Below, in pieces: positions 35,975 to 48,309 of a DNA stretch of 64,000 nt; within the stretch, counting starts at the first letter, position 1; the number at the start of each line of letters is the position of its first letter. This stretch comes from Ruditapes philippinarum. Lineage: Eukaryota. A model generated the notes under the pieces. The model worked only from the letters and a program-made list of their open reading frames with translations, ran no database searches and had not been told where the DNA came from. The position numbers and the translations under genes are program-made. Location of the stretch: positions 86,164 to 150,163 of the forward strand of contig NW_026851538.1 of NCBI RefSeq assembly GCF_026571515.1, given 5' to 3'.

Positions 35975-37091
35975 AAATGTCAGTTTTAAACCGAATTTCT
36001 AAGATATGTTCTTTTTTTGTCTGTTTTTATAGACATAATTTTCTATCATATATTCTGCAGCAATCGATTGCTGAATAAAAAACTTACCCAGCGCCAAATT
36101 GTTCTACCCGTAACCAAACTTATTTACTTGCAACAAGTTAACGGGTGTGATTACAACTTTAGTCGTTGCAACGGTTTAAAAATACAGCAGAAATATTTTA
36201 CTTTGATGTTTTTTTTCGTCGGACAAGATCATGTATTTTTTCGTCGGACAAGATCATGTATTAATCCCCAAGCTACATGTAAATGTAAGAGCCTGTGGTG
36301 CAATTTTACTAGTATCTTTTGATGTCATTTTACATGTATTTCAAAAATGCCCAAACTACATTGTGTGGGATAGTAGCTTCAATCATCAATGTTGCGTTTG
36401 TAACGATAAAACTATTTTGTAATTATATATATTATGATGAATAAAGTTTTGAGAGGAAATTGCTTTTTTGATTTTCTGTTCATGATAAATGAATGAAAAC
36501 AAAATACATCATATACCGTTTATAAATAAGTCAAACACAGAAATGTCTTCCCGTCTGTGCGTGGCGTGTACGGCACATGGGCATCGGCTGAATATTTGCG
36601 GCTTGGCGGATAGAAAACTTTTATACTAAACTGCCAGTTCTCGGATTTCTTCTTCGATCAGCTGACGATGTCCCGACTGAAGCCGAGGGGAGTGGCACTA
36701 CAATGTAGGCGGAGACGACGAGGAAAGTGTGCTAGGGTGCGCAAGCACATATATTGACGGCTTAAAAGGCAGGACCTTTGCTGGCACAACAACCCTTTTC
36801 AGTGCTATTTCCTTTTCATATTGTCTCAGTTAACTGTACATTTAAGTTCTCATTGACCACTGTATAGGGACCTACTTTAGGCTGAAAATTCATATATTTG
36901 GCTTATACTTATAGGAAATTGTATGGAGGTAAATTATCACCACTGTGTGCTTCAAAATTAACTCTTTAGGGGCATGGCTGCTGACATATTCCGGATCCGT
37001 ATACTCGACAGCAAAAGCTACATTTAGTCTCTAATAGGACAGATGGACACACATCATCATTATCATCAAATATTAAATATAGCTGTCATAT

Positions 37092-39179
37092 TCACCGTGG
37101 GTAAGCAACTTTGGTCATGTGACCACAGAAATCAACGTACACGGCCAAAATAGCTCGGTTGAGGTAAGTTTTTTAGTGGTTATGTTTCTGTCCAGCCGAT
37201 TTAAATTATGCTACATAGCCTACCGACCGCGGCAGTTCCGATGCTTTCTAAAAATGTATTTAGTTTCGTCTAACGTTTTGTATTTTATGAGAACATTTAA
37301 ACAATATTTGCAAATTGTCGATCACAACGTACACACTATTGTGTTTTAGTGTTGATGAAAATTTAATAAACGATACGCATGTCAGTTCTAAGTAAAATTT
37401 CAGGTCTTAAAATATATAAGAGAATGTTTTAATGAAAAAAAGAACTGGTTTCCTGTTGTCTTTTTTTGTATTTATTAAAAAATTGACCAACTTACAGAAA
37501 TGTCAACGTACACACTCACAATTTAGTTTGATAGTGGTCTGAACATGAGGCTGCAACTTCGAAATAGGTGGCTTTTTCCAACAAAAAATTAGCTTTTAAT
37601 TTAGATTGCCCTCGCAAGCTGTATATAATTACTTTTTTTTACAAAGGAAATAGTTTAGAGTGCATTCATTTCATCGCAAATAAGCTTAAACAACCTTTAA
37701 CTTTTTATGTTATTTATTTGTACTTTTGTTTTTTAGAAGACAAATTTCCAGTTACCCATTACTGCTTAATGATTAGTTGAAACAGCCGTTTTTATATTTT
37801 ATACTGTATTAATATAGTTCGTATTACAATATAGATCGTAATTACAGTAATCTTAATATAATAACGTAAACAACCAGGATAATGGTCTGTTGCTTCACCA
37901 ACTAGTGCCTTCGTAGCAGCAAAAGGGTCCAAAGTTGACGATGACGCCGAGTAACAATTCAATATTATCGGTTTTTCAGCATTTGCGTCACTTGATCCCT
38001 ATGATGTTCTATTAACATTATATTTTCAAGAATATATCTACTTGCACTTGCTATGTAAAAATATCTTATAAACAATTCACCATTTTATATGTTGGTTAAG
38101 GCAACCAAATACCCTTTGTTAAATGGTTAGTTACTGGTACCAAGTTTCTAGAAAATGCTTTTACTACTCAAGAAATCAGTTACTGGAAAATGGTTACTAG
38201 TAATAAATTTACCGGAAAATCGTTTCTAGTAATAATTATATTTACCTATCTTATTTTGTGCGCAATGTATGAGCTATAGATATGAATATCAATGACATTG
38301 TTAAAATATTTAAACATGATGTAATCATAGGGTTAAAGTGACATAACTGCTGAAATACCGGTACTACCTATAAAATAGTCACTTGGCGTCATTGTCAACT
38401 ATGGCAACTTTTGTTGCTACAGAAGGCACTAGGTTGGTTAAGCAAGAGACGCTTATCCTGGCTGTTTAGGTTATCAAATGACTGTAAAATGATCTTATTT
38501 GATACAGTTTACAATTGCTGTTTCAGCAAATCATTAAGCAGCCTGAGTAACTTTTTTTTCTTTCTAAATGAAAACCACAAAAGAACAAATACATAACATA
38601 ATAAAACAGTTAAAGGTTGTTTAAGCTTATTTGTGATGATATGAATGCACTTGCAACTGTTTTCCTTAAACCTGTACTTATATACAGTTTGAGAGGGCAA
38701 TCTAAATAGAAAGCCAACTAGCTTTTTGTTAGAAAATGCCACCTACTCCGAAGTTGCAGACCACTATCAATCTGAATTGTGAGTGTGTACGTTGACATTT
38801 TCTAGACTGTATGTGTACCTTGACCAGTTCTTTTTTCATTAAAACATTCTCTTATATATCTTAAGACTTGAAATTTTACTTACAACTGATATGCGTATCG
38901 TTTATTAAGTTTTCATCAACACTTTCACACAATAGTGTGTACGTTGTCATCGACAATTTGAAAAATTGTTTGAATGTTCTCATAAAATACAAAACGTTAG
39001 ACGAAACTAAATACTTTTTTAGAAAGCATCGGAACTGCCGCGGTCGGTAGGTTATGTAGCATAATTTAAATCGGCTGGACAGAAAAATAATCACTAAAAA
39101 AACTTACCTCAGCCGAGCTATTTTGGCCGTGTACGTTAACTTTTGTGGTCACATGACCAAAGTTGCTTACCCACGGTGA
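37092..39179. mobile_element. Long-arm palindrome / foldback-like element (~0.85-kb inverted arms, ~0.4-kb centre)
   Basis: 37092-~37980 is the reverse complement of ~38380-39179. Termini match (caccgtgggtaagcaactttggtcatgtgaccaca... vs ...tgtggtcacatgaccaaagttgcttacccacggtg). Mirrored ORFs are seen in the track (37119-37349 vs 38876-39094; 37568-37780 vs 38509-38742). The arms are ~80-90% identical with indels. Confidence 0.7.
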
Positions 39180-40189
39180 TATTTGGGGCGTTTATATCAC
39201 CACCGTTACTGCACTTAATAATACTTAAAAATAATGCATATTTTATTTGAGTAACAACTGTTCATATACATATATATTGAATATGATGAGTGTTAATCTA
39301 AATTATGTGAAAAAAATACATGTAGATATACGACATCACTATTGTGCTTGTGGTATTTTTGTTCTACCTATTCGGAATCTTTCGTGTTAGGTGGTTCCAG
39401 TATTCCACACTTGAATACTGTTGAATCACCCTTAGGATATGAGGCCTGCTTTTTAAATTTGTCTTTTGACGTAATATCTGTGATATGCAGGCTTCATAAC
39501 CTCAGATCCCCTTTCAAAATTCCATTTTATTTAGTTCCGCCCATTGTTTTCTCGTTTAGGGCACACGCTTTTTTTTACTTGGGGACCATATGCCGCTTTT
39601 CATGGAATGGCACTAACGTGTGACATTGAAGGTTCCATGATAACCGCCATATGAACACATCTACGGATGTTTCAAAATTCTAAATTTTACCAGTTCATGT
39701 TAAATTCAGCTTCAGCCGGTGCTGGCGGGCGTGGACGGTAGTTTGCAATTGACAGCACCGTCCATGAACAGGCTCAATCAAACCGAGCCTGCAACATTTT
39801 CAATTTTGCCGTGCTGGGCTTTCTTTAGGGATTCTTATTTCACTCTATTGTATATTTCAACGATATAACATGGATTAAAGTATCTATATATAAATGTAAT
39901 ATGCATTTTGCTGATAAACCTTAAATAAGGGTGGCTGATTTGTGACATGTATTTTTGTTTCGCGGGGCCCCAGTCAAAAACACGAGATTAATTATTGTGG
40001 CTGATTTGTGCTATGTTGTACTTTCGCTCTGCAGGGCGCCAAGCGAAAAATTATATGCAGCCACCATAACACCTTAATGTATCCTTTTTCATATTATTAG
40101 CCGGTGAATGAATTATAAATCAAATGAAAAGTTTGTGCAGATTGATTGCATCAATTAAAACTCCAAGGACTTTGAAAACATGGAAAGAT

Positions 40190-40625
40190 TTTTATTGGAC
40201 AAAATGTAATTTCAACCACTAAGTAATGATAAAATAGAAACCGTTTACTATTTAGCAGAACCAACAAAAAGATTTATACTATTTAATAAAGAATACGACA
40301 ATAAATAAATGCTTTTTTCATTAAAGGCACATTATTCCTAAAAATAACATTTTGCTTTTTAGGAAACGGCAAATATGAGTTTTATAATGTTAATAAAATG
40401 TACGATTTTTATTGGACAAAATGTAATTTCAACCACTAAGTAATGTTAAAATAGAAACTGTTTACTATTTAGCAGAATCAACAAAAAGATTTATACTATT
40501 TAATAAAGAATACGACAATAAATAAATTCTTTTTTCATTAAAGGCACATTATACCTAAAAATAATATTTTGCTTCTTAAGAAAGAGCAGACATGAGTTTT
40601 ATAATGATAATAAAATGTAAGATGC
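40190..40625. repeat. ~217-bp direct repeat x2
   Basis: tttttattggacaaaatgtaatttcaaccactaagtaatg... recurs at 40189 and 40406. Confidence 0.8.
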
Positions 40626-40761
40626 TTATTACCTGACGAAAGTAGTGATCATGAGTGATGAATGTGAACTTATTTGTCATCAATGTAGCAATATGTAAAA
40701 AATAAATTATTATGGCTTCCATTCACTATAATTTTACTAACTACGGAATTCCATTAACGAC

Positions 40762-40931
40762 AGCATCCGCGCAGTCTGATCAGGATCAATGCTGTCCGCT
40801 ATCCGTTTCTCTACTTAAAATAGGGTTTGAAAGCAAACAGCATGGATCCTGATCAGACTGCGCGGATGCGCAGGCTGGTCTGGATCCATGCTAGTCGCAA
40901 ACCCACTATGTTGGTTTTGTCATGACGCGGC
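40762..40931 (+). mobile_element. Nested-palindrome MITE, copy 6 (5'-truncated)
   Basis: Starts inside the left arm (catccgcgcagtctgatcagg). The right arm is complete. Confidence 0.7.
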
Positions 40932-42387
40932 ACATATATACTTCTCGTTCAACGCAGCAGAAAGATGAGTAAACATAAAGTGTTCGCTTGTCAAACTGGT
41001 GCACTTTCATATAGCATGTAGATTTCCCACAGTGAATGTAGAAAACTACCACCATATATCACTGTTGTACAGCGTCCACCGGATATAGCCTCTAAAAACA
41101 CAGAAAACGAAAGTAGAAAGCTGCACAACGAGTACACCATTTAATTTGCAAACAAAAGCAAATATTGCTCTAAAACTAGAAACATTTAGCTTCACAAAAT
41201 TGTTTAGTTTGGAAAAATCGATGAAGTTATGATGAAGAAATAAGTTAAAACATTACCTCGGGTGTACTCGGTGTGCAGCTTTCTACTTTCGTTTTCTGTG
41301 TTTTTAGGGGCTATAACTGGTGGACGCTGTACAACAGTGTATATGACGTAATTGGCAATTTGTATAAAGTATAGTACCAGCGTATTTAGGACGGATGCCT
41401 TATATGCCATTAAACGTTGCTGTTGTTGCTGTTTGTACATTAAATATACTTTGGTCATTTGTAAGTTTGGGTTTTGAAAATAATACTAGAAAATAAAGTT
41501 ATCTGTACAAATATTCTAGAGCATGGTTTGTCAAACCATATACAGTCAATCTTGTATTAAGAGACCGCTCAAGGGTGAGGTCAAAAGTGGTCTCTTAATA
41601 AAACGGTCTCTAATGCAAAACTAGGTTTTCCAACCAAATTTCACGGGTCATAGCATGTACAAATATCAATTAAACATAAGCAGGAAATGAAACAGTTTAA
41701 TAGTTTAATATTTTTATTATCATATATTCCAACATTCCTTCAAAATTCAGACATTTACATATAATAGATATGATATGAATTACTAAATTTATTACTTTAT
41801 TTTAATAACCTATTTTACTGAGTCAACATCAAACAATAAAGCTACAATAATAAGTTGGTTTTTTTTTCTACAAGAATAACATTTTCTACAATGTTTTGGT
41901 TGGTCATTTCAACACATTGGCATTGTGATTAATGTAGCACTATCCTATGTTTCTAACTTTTAACACATTTCATGGTAACCACCTCTTTACCTGAAAAAAG
42001 TCACTAATCTTTGATTACTTTGTATCAACCTCAGCTCTAAAACTCACAAAACTGTCCCGTAAAGTCATTATGCTTTCAAGCCATTTGTCTTGACCTTTGC
42101 TCAATGCTAATTCTTTCAATTTATACAACATCTCATTTGCATCACTCATACTAAAAATGTCCCAGTAACAGTGTTCAAGTCAAATGTTGGAACTGCTTTA
42201 TCAAATATGTACATATATAACAAAAACTTTGAAAACTGATTTCCATGCTTCATACATTCGTTGATTTTCAGACAAAACTATCAATGACTTCTTGAAAATT
42301 TTCAGTTCTGTAGTCCCACAGACTTACTCCAACTGGGAGATAAGTAAGAAGAGTGCACACTCTTCTAGGTCCAAATCATATAATTAT

Positions 42388-42530
42388 GAGCCGCGTCACG
42401 ACAAAACCAACACAGTGCGTTTGCGATCAGCATGGATCCAGACCAGCCTGCGCATCCGCGCAGTCTGATCAGGATCCATGCTGTTCGTTATCAGTTTCTC
42501 TACTTGTAATAGGGTTGGTAAGCGAACAGC
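42388..42530 (+). mobile_element. Nested-palindrome MITE, copy 7 (left arm plus loop only)
   Basis: gagccgcgtcacgacaaaaccaacacagtgcgtttgcgatcagc...loop...gcgaacagca, then unrelated sequence. Confidence 0.7.
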
Positions 42531-43173
42531 AATGGAGCCATACCACGAGATAAGAAAACATACTTACTAATCACTGTATTACTGAGCGTCCGGTTTTGTT
42601 ACATCGTTCTCTTGAGAAGTATTGTACCCAAGAAGAGTGTTAAAGTAAAGCTTGTTAAGTTGTTTTGAAGAATTATCTTCAGTGACCTTGTCTGAAATTG
42701 GAGCTTTAGATGTATTTTCAGAAATTTCTTTGGAACTGATGATTTTGCATAATCTTCGTCTCCCTAATACTTTCTCTTCACGATCCAATGGATGCGTAAC
42801 TTGATGGAATTATATACCCCCTTTTCAATGTGGAAAATGTTGAATATGTTACCAATATGGCCATGTTACAGCATTTAAGAAACAGACTTTCCTTTCCACA
42901 TATAAATAACCATCATTTAGGTTTACAATAATGATGACTTGTTATTTTGTTTCCCCTTAAGATCTCTATAACGCCCTCTAATATTACGTCACATAAAATT
43001 GTGTTCAGGTGAGCTAGACATAAACCAAATTAAAAGAAAATTATGATATTTGATATTTATAAAACTTTTATTATATACAATAAAAAAACAAACAACGTAC
43101 AGTTGTTTTTACACGCATAAAAAATATGCTTTGTTCCAATAATGAGACATTTTAAACTAATGAGGACATAATT

Positions 43174-43407
43174 GAGCCGTGTCACGACAAAACCAACATA
43201 ATGGGGTTGCAACCGGGATGGATTCAGACCAGCCTGCGCATCCGCGCAGTCTGATCAGAATCCATGCTGTTCGCTTAAGACCCTATAACAAGTAAAGAAA
43301 CTAATAGCGAAAAGCATGGATCCTGATCAGACTGCACGGATGCGCAGGCTGGTCTGGATCCATGCTGGTCGCAAACCCATTATGTTGATTTTGTCGTGAC
43401 ACGGCTC
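43174..43407 (-). mobile_element. Nested-palindrome MITE, copy 8
   Basis: Full-length, somewhat more diverged (ggggttgcaaccgggatggattcagacc). Flanks aatt/atat. 150 bp upstream of the LINE fragment. Confidence 0.8.
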
Positions 43408-43559
43408 ATATATTTAAGATATTAATATCTTATTTTATTAACCATAATTTGAAATATCTGGTTTAGAGGAAAGCAATTTATACACTGTCGAAAAATTTAT
43501 AAGATATTATAAAATAATATCGTATTTTGCTAATGATTTTAGAACAGTTTCTTATTCTC

Positions 43560-45645
43560 ACTAATTAATGTAGTACTTTGCCTCATCATTTCCTACTGAA
43601 GAGTGGTCATTTAGTTGCAAAATAAGCATAATGTGTCGAAGAACACTGCATCAAATGACTTTGGCAATGACCAGGCTTCTGTTGACTTAGATCAGTTTAA
43701 TTTTAATAGTGTTGATGAAATAGAGAATGAACACTTTGATAGCATGATAACTATTGATGAGGTACTGAAATGTATTTTACATGCAAAGTCTGGTAAAGCA
43801 CCGGGTTATGACAATATACCATGTGAACTACTAAAAATGATTCTGCGTTAGCTTTGCTACATAGTCTTTTTAATAGATGTTTTTTAAGTGGTTCTGTTAC
43901 TACTGCATGGTCTGAGAGTATAATTTCACCAGTTCCCAAGTCTTCAACCACAGACCCACGGGATCCTTTGTCATACAGGGGTATTTCTTTGGCTCCATCC
44001 ATGTATAAAATATACTGCTCTGTTTTAAATAATAGATTAGTAAAATGGACAGCTAGTAATAATATTATAAGTGATGAGCAAAATGGTTTTATAAAAGGTA
44101 AAAGTACAATTGACCAAGTACAGTCCCTAACAAATATTATTGAAACACGTAAACTTAAAAAGTTACAAACATTTACTGCTTTTATAGATTTCAGGAAGGC
44201 GTATGACCTTATAGACCGTACATCACTGTGGCAAAAGTTGCACCAGCAGGTGGGGATAGGGGGCAGACTGTTTCAGGCAATTTCATCATTATATAAAGAT
44301 GTTTAAGTGCTGTATACGCTTAAATGGATTTGATACACCTTGGTTTGATGTAAAATGTGGATTGAAACAAGGCTGCCCCCTGTCTCCAATGCTGTTTAAC
44401 TTGTATATTAATGATTTAGTAATGTATATGAATAATTTAGACAAAGGTGTTTATATTGGTGAAAGAAAAATATGTATTTTGCTATATGCTGATGACATAG
44501 TTTTGTTGGCAGAAAAGGCCAAAGATCTTCAATCCATGTTAGATGCTTTAGCTTTATGGTGTTGTCAAAATAAAATGACTGTCAATTGTGATAAATCCAA
44601 TATTGTTCACTTTAGAGCCGACAGTATTTCTAAAACTGAACATGTTTTTGAATTCAATTCAGAAAAACTGGAAATTGTTCATAGTTATAAGTATCTTGGT
44701 GTCGTACTAAATGAATTTTTGGATTATAATGAAATTGCAAAGACAGTTGCAATGTCTGCCTCTAGAGCACTTGGTCTTGTTATATCCAAAAGTAAGGCAT
44801 TTGGTGGTTTTCAGTACTCAACATTTACAAAACTTTATGATTCAATGGTATGGCCCATAATTAATTACAGTGCCCCGATTTGGGGTGATAGATCTTACTC
44901 GTGCATTAATGCAGTTCATCATAGGGCAATGCGTTACTACTTGGGTGTTGGAAGATACACCCCGAATGTGGCTGTAAGTGGAGAGATGGGTTGGAAACCA
45001 CCAATTGTTAGACAGTGGGTGTCTGTATTTAGACAGTATTTTAGAGTTATGAATATGGATGATAATAGAATTAATAAATCTGTATTTATGTGGTCTAAAG
45101 CAAGTAATGTCAAGAATGGTTTTTACCGACTTAAGAAACTTTTAAAAGATATTAATAGTAGTCACATACTAGAGGCTAATATCGGAAATGCCAAACCTAC
45201 CATATCAATGCTAGAATCTAAACTTATGGAAATAGCAACAAATAAATGGAAGTTATTACTTCAGAGAGAAAATGCCATTAGAGGAAATGGCGGGAATAAA
45301 TTAAGGACTTACAGGAAGTTTAAATCTCAGTTCTGCACTGAAAAGTACCTTACGTCTAAGTTGCCATTTATGTATAGATCAGCCTTTACAAAATTCAGAT
45401 GTGGTATAGCACCACTAAGAATAGAAACAGGTCGTAATGAAAATATTAATGTAATAAATAGAAAATGTTTTAATTGTCCGGACACTGCAGAAGATGAGAA
45501 ACATGTATTACTTTACTGTCCATTATATAATGATGTAAGGAAAGAGTTGGTCTCTGCGTTAGATGATGTATTAAGAAATAGAGATACTAGTATTGTATCT
45601 GATGATGACAAAATGGTTAAAATTTTAGTAGTAAAAACCTAGTAT
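43560..45645 (+). mobile_element. 5'-truncated, frameshifted LINE ORF2 (reverse transcriptase plus CCHC-like C-terminus)
   Basis: Three consecutive ORFs (43615-43851, 43854-44306, 44299-45642) in frames 1/0/1 carry RT motifs: GYDNIPCELLK, PVPKS...RGISLAPSMYKIY, FIDFRKAYDLIDR, GLKQGCPLSPMLFNLYINDL, LLYADDIVLL, and a C-terminal CFNCPDTAEDEKHVLLYCPLY. The first shift sits in an A5 run (~43835). The second is near 44295. No endonuclease domain is present. Confidence 0.7.
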
Positions 45646-47952
45646 ATTTATCTGCCAAAGCCTGCCACCATATTCTGTTTGAGAGAAAAAGAAAATTGTA
45701 CTGTAAATCATGATTCTTTTATATGTTTTTATGGAGTACCGTTTTAACCAATATGTAAATAATGGTAAGTAACATTTTAGATAGATTTTATGGTTTTAGA
45801 AACATATTCAAGAAGTAGGTTCCAATAAGTAGACGTGATAAAAATTCCTTATTTAAGATTTTTGTATTTTCTTTTTTTATATATTGATATAGGATATCGC
45901 TCTAATGCGCAATATTGAGCTTTGCCTTTATTTTAGTCATGAGTATTTGGTTGGAGGCTGCTTCTTGAATTGAACCATTGCAACAGATACAGTTGTATTA
46001 ACATACAAATGGGTCTTATGATACTATAGGACTGCGATGTCTAGTCATGAATAAATCACACTTTCTTGTTTATTGCTTTACACCCAATATTATTACTATT
46101 TAGGTAAAACACACATACACATTATATCAAGGGTATAGTGTTTGGATGAACATTCGGATGTGTGTAGGATCTGCATATATCTGGACGTTTCTCGGAACAC
46201 TGTAAACTTGTACACTGCTGTAACATTCAAATCTTACAACCAGCAATAACAACACAAACTACACAGAATTTCAACTAAAATAAATACAGTCTGGTTGTCT
46301 CAACTCTTCACATTATTTTTATTTTTATTTGTTTGTTTTTTTGTTTGTTTTTTTTTTGTTTTGTTTTTTTTTAAAGAAGAAAAAATACTTGGTTTTATTT
46401 TTAAGTAACTTTGAAGATATGTCCAGTATGTTAGATTTGTTGTAAAGTTATGTATAGTCTCTTATAACTCATCTATGAGTGGCATTTATGTACAATGTCG
46501 TAGGTTTTATATTTGTATTATTTTAATATTGTACATGATGATGAGACTTTAATAAACTATCTTATCTTATCTCTTATCTTATGTCTTTAGGAATTAACTG
46601 ATCAGTACGTTAATATTGCTAGAAATTTTAAAGGAGCCCAAATATGGTTCAGGTAATTGGCCAATGAGTAAATGTTTGGATACTATAAAGGTACACCAAA
46701 ATTAAATAGCTTTTGAGAAATAAAGATAAAAGCACTTCTGAGGCATAATGGGCCTTTAAGTGAGAAAAGACGTCTTTTAATGAAACAGTCATGGTTTTTA
46801 GTTGATATTGGTTTACTTTTATACACCTGTCGTACATATTGACGTAATAGAGCATAACGGAAAGGTATGTAAACGACGTATACTCGTGATTCGATTAGTC
46901 ACGGGATAATTTTAAATTACCTAGCATCAACAACTAAGTTAAGGTATGTTAAATTTGTTTATGATTTATTAAAGAATATCTAGACATGTGTTTGTAGGTT
47001 AATAATGTAACAGATTAATGTTTAAATATTCGATTTTTTTCTATATTCACTGATATTTAGCCTTTTCCAAAATCGTTCAATAAGGAAGTGTTGCGAAATC
47101 TGTAACGGTAAGCTTTTCGTTCATCGTTATAAAGCAGAGCTAAGCAGAACTGTCTTCAGTTGATACTGAGATTTCATGTATTTATTCATTATGACTTTGA
47201 ACTAACTTTGACATTTGAAATTGATCTTTTTGACCTACATGTATACGAGAACGAAAGTTGAAGATTTTTGTGAACCCCTTTTGTTCTTTTCTGTTGGTTT
47301 TCTTTTAATCACAGGTTTAGTTGCAATAGAAAACATTCTTTTACATGTTTGTTAAATAATTGTTGACTTATCATATATATTGACTAATTATAATAATTGT
47401 AATTGTACACTACAAAAGTATGTCATCGTTCAAACCGTTGTATACACCTTGGAAAGTAAACAGGTATAAATTCATGTACATATGTTAAACGTTTTACTTA
47501 AAGCAAACAGAACATCAGATGATACTTAACATAAAGCTCATATATAATATAAAGCGCAACCAAAATCTTAACCCTGTAATATTACGTGTTTATTTTGCTT
47601 TAGTAAACATCTGTGCTACCAGAGTATTTTTGCTAATTAGTATTAAATTCATTTTACAACGGAGTTCAGTTCATATTTAAATACATTAAGAATTTAATGT
47701 TGTCATGTAGCTTTGATTATAACTGAAGTTTAAAACTGTACATGTGTACAGGTAAACATGAATATACATACAGTGACACCTGTGAACAAAGGCCACTTTT
47801 ATCGATGAATAGTTACCAAAAAGTAGCCTTTATTTGCAGAGTTATCGTTATTCAGAGGTGACTTTTAACCCAAATTTGACTGTGCATATATCGATAAATA
47901 GTCATATTCGTTACAAATAGATAAAGTATAATAATTTCCTTTACAGGTAAAC

Positions 47953-48157
47953 ATGAGTAAACTGTTGGTTTGCGGCGTTCTCATGTGTTTGTTTGCTGCT
48001 ATTCTCAGTATAATAAGCACGGCGATTCCGTATTGGCTTCACGTGCATGGTAGTGTCCTTGGACAGGAGGGCACCCTAAATATTGGCCTCTGGCAGACAT
48101 GTTTGAAATATAAAACGTCATTTGCTAGCGGAACGAAATGTGGAGATACGGGAATAG
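47953..48157 (+). CDS. Claudin/PMP22-superfamily 4-TM protein, copy B, exon 1; MSKLLVCGVLMCLFAAILSIISTAIPYWLHVHGSVLGQEGTLNIGLWQTCLKYKTSFASGTKCGDTGI
   Basis: ATG at 47953 right after a tttacag acceptor-like site, so an upstream noncoding exon is possible. W...GLW..C...C signature. Donor AG|gtatct, phase 1. Paralogous to copy A. Confidence 0.7.
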
Positions 48158-48169
48158 GTATCTAGAAAT

Positions 48170-48309
48170 GAGCGCTTATCAACTCTATTACAAGTAGAGA
48201 AACTGATAGCGAACAGCATGTATCCTGATCAGACTGGGCGGATGCGCAGGCTGGTCTGGATCAAAGCTGGTCGCAAACCCATTATGCTGGTTTTGTCGTG
48301 ACACGGCTC
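48170..48309 (-). mobile_element. Nested-palindrome MITE, copy 9 (internally deleted: left terminus gagcgc joined to loop plus right arm)
   Basis: Flanking AAAT/AAAT despite the internal deletion. Begins 13 bp after the exon-1 donor of claudin-like B. Confidence 0.7.

Noticed and set aside
37119-39094. Four mirrored ORFs (MTTEINVHG..., MAFSNKKL... on both strands)
   Set aside because: They are reflections of each other across the inverted arms of the foldback element. They have no homology, and they diverge by indels that would not be tolerated in coding sequence.
44299-45642. 447-aa ORF as an intact host gene
   Set aside because: It is the C-terminal two thirds of a LINE ORF2 (YADDIVLL RT motif and CCHC tail), continuous with two upstream frameshifted RT ORFs.
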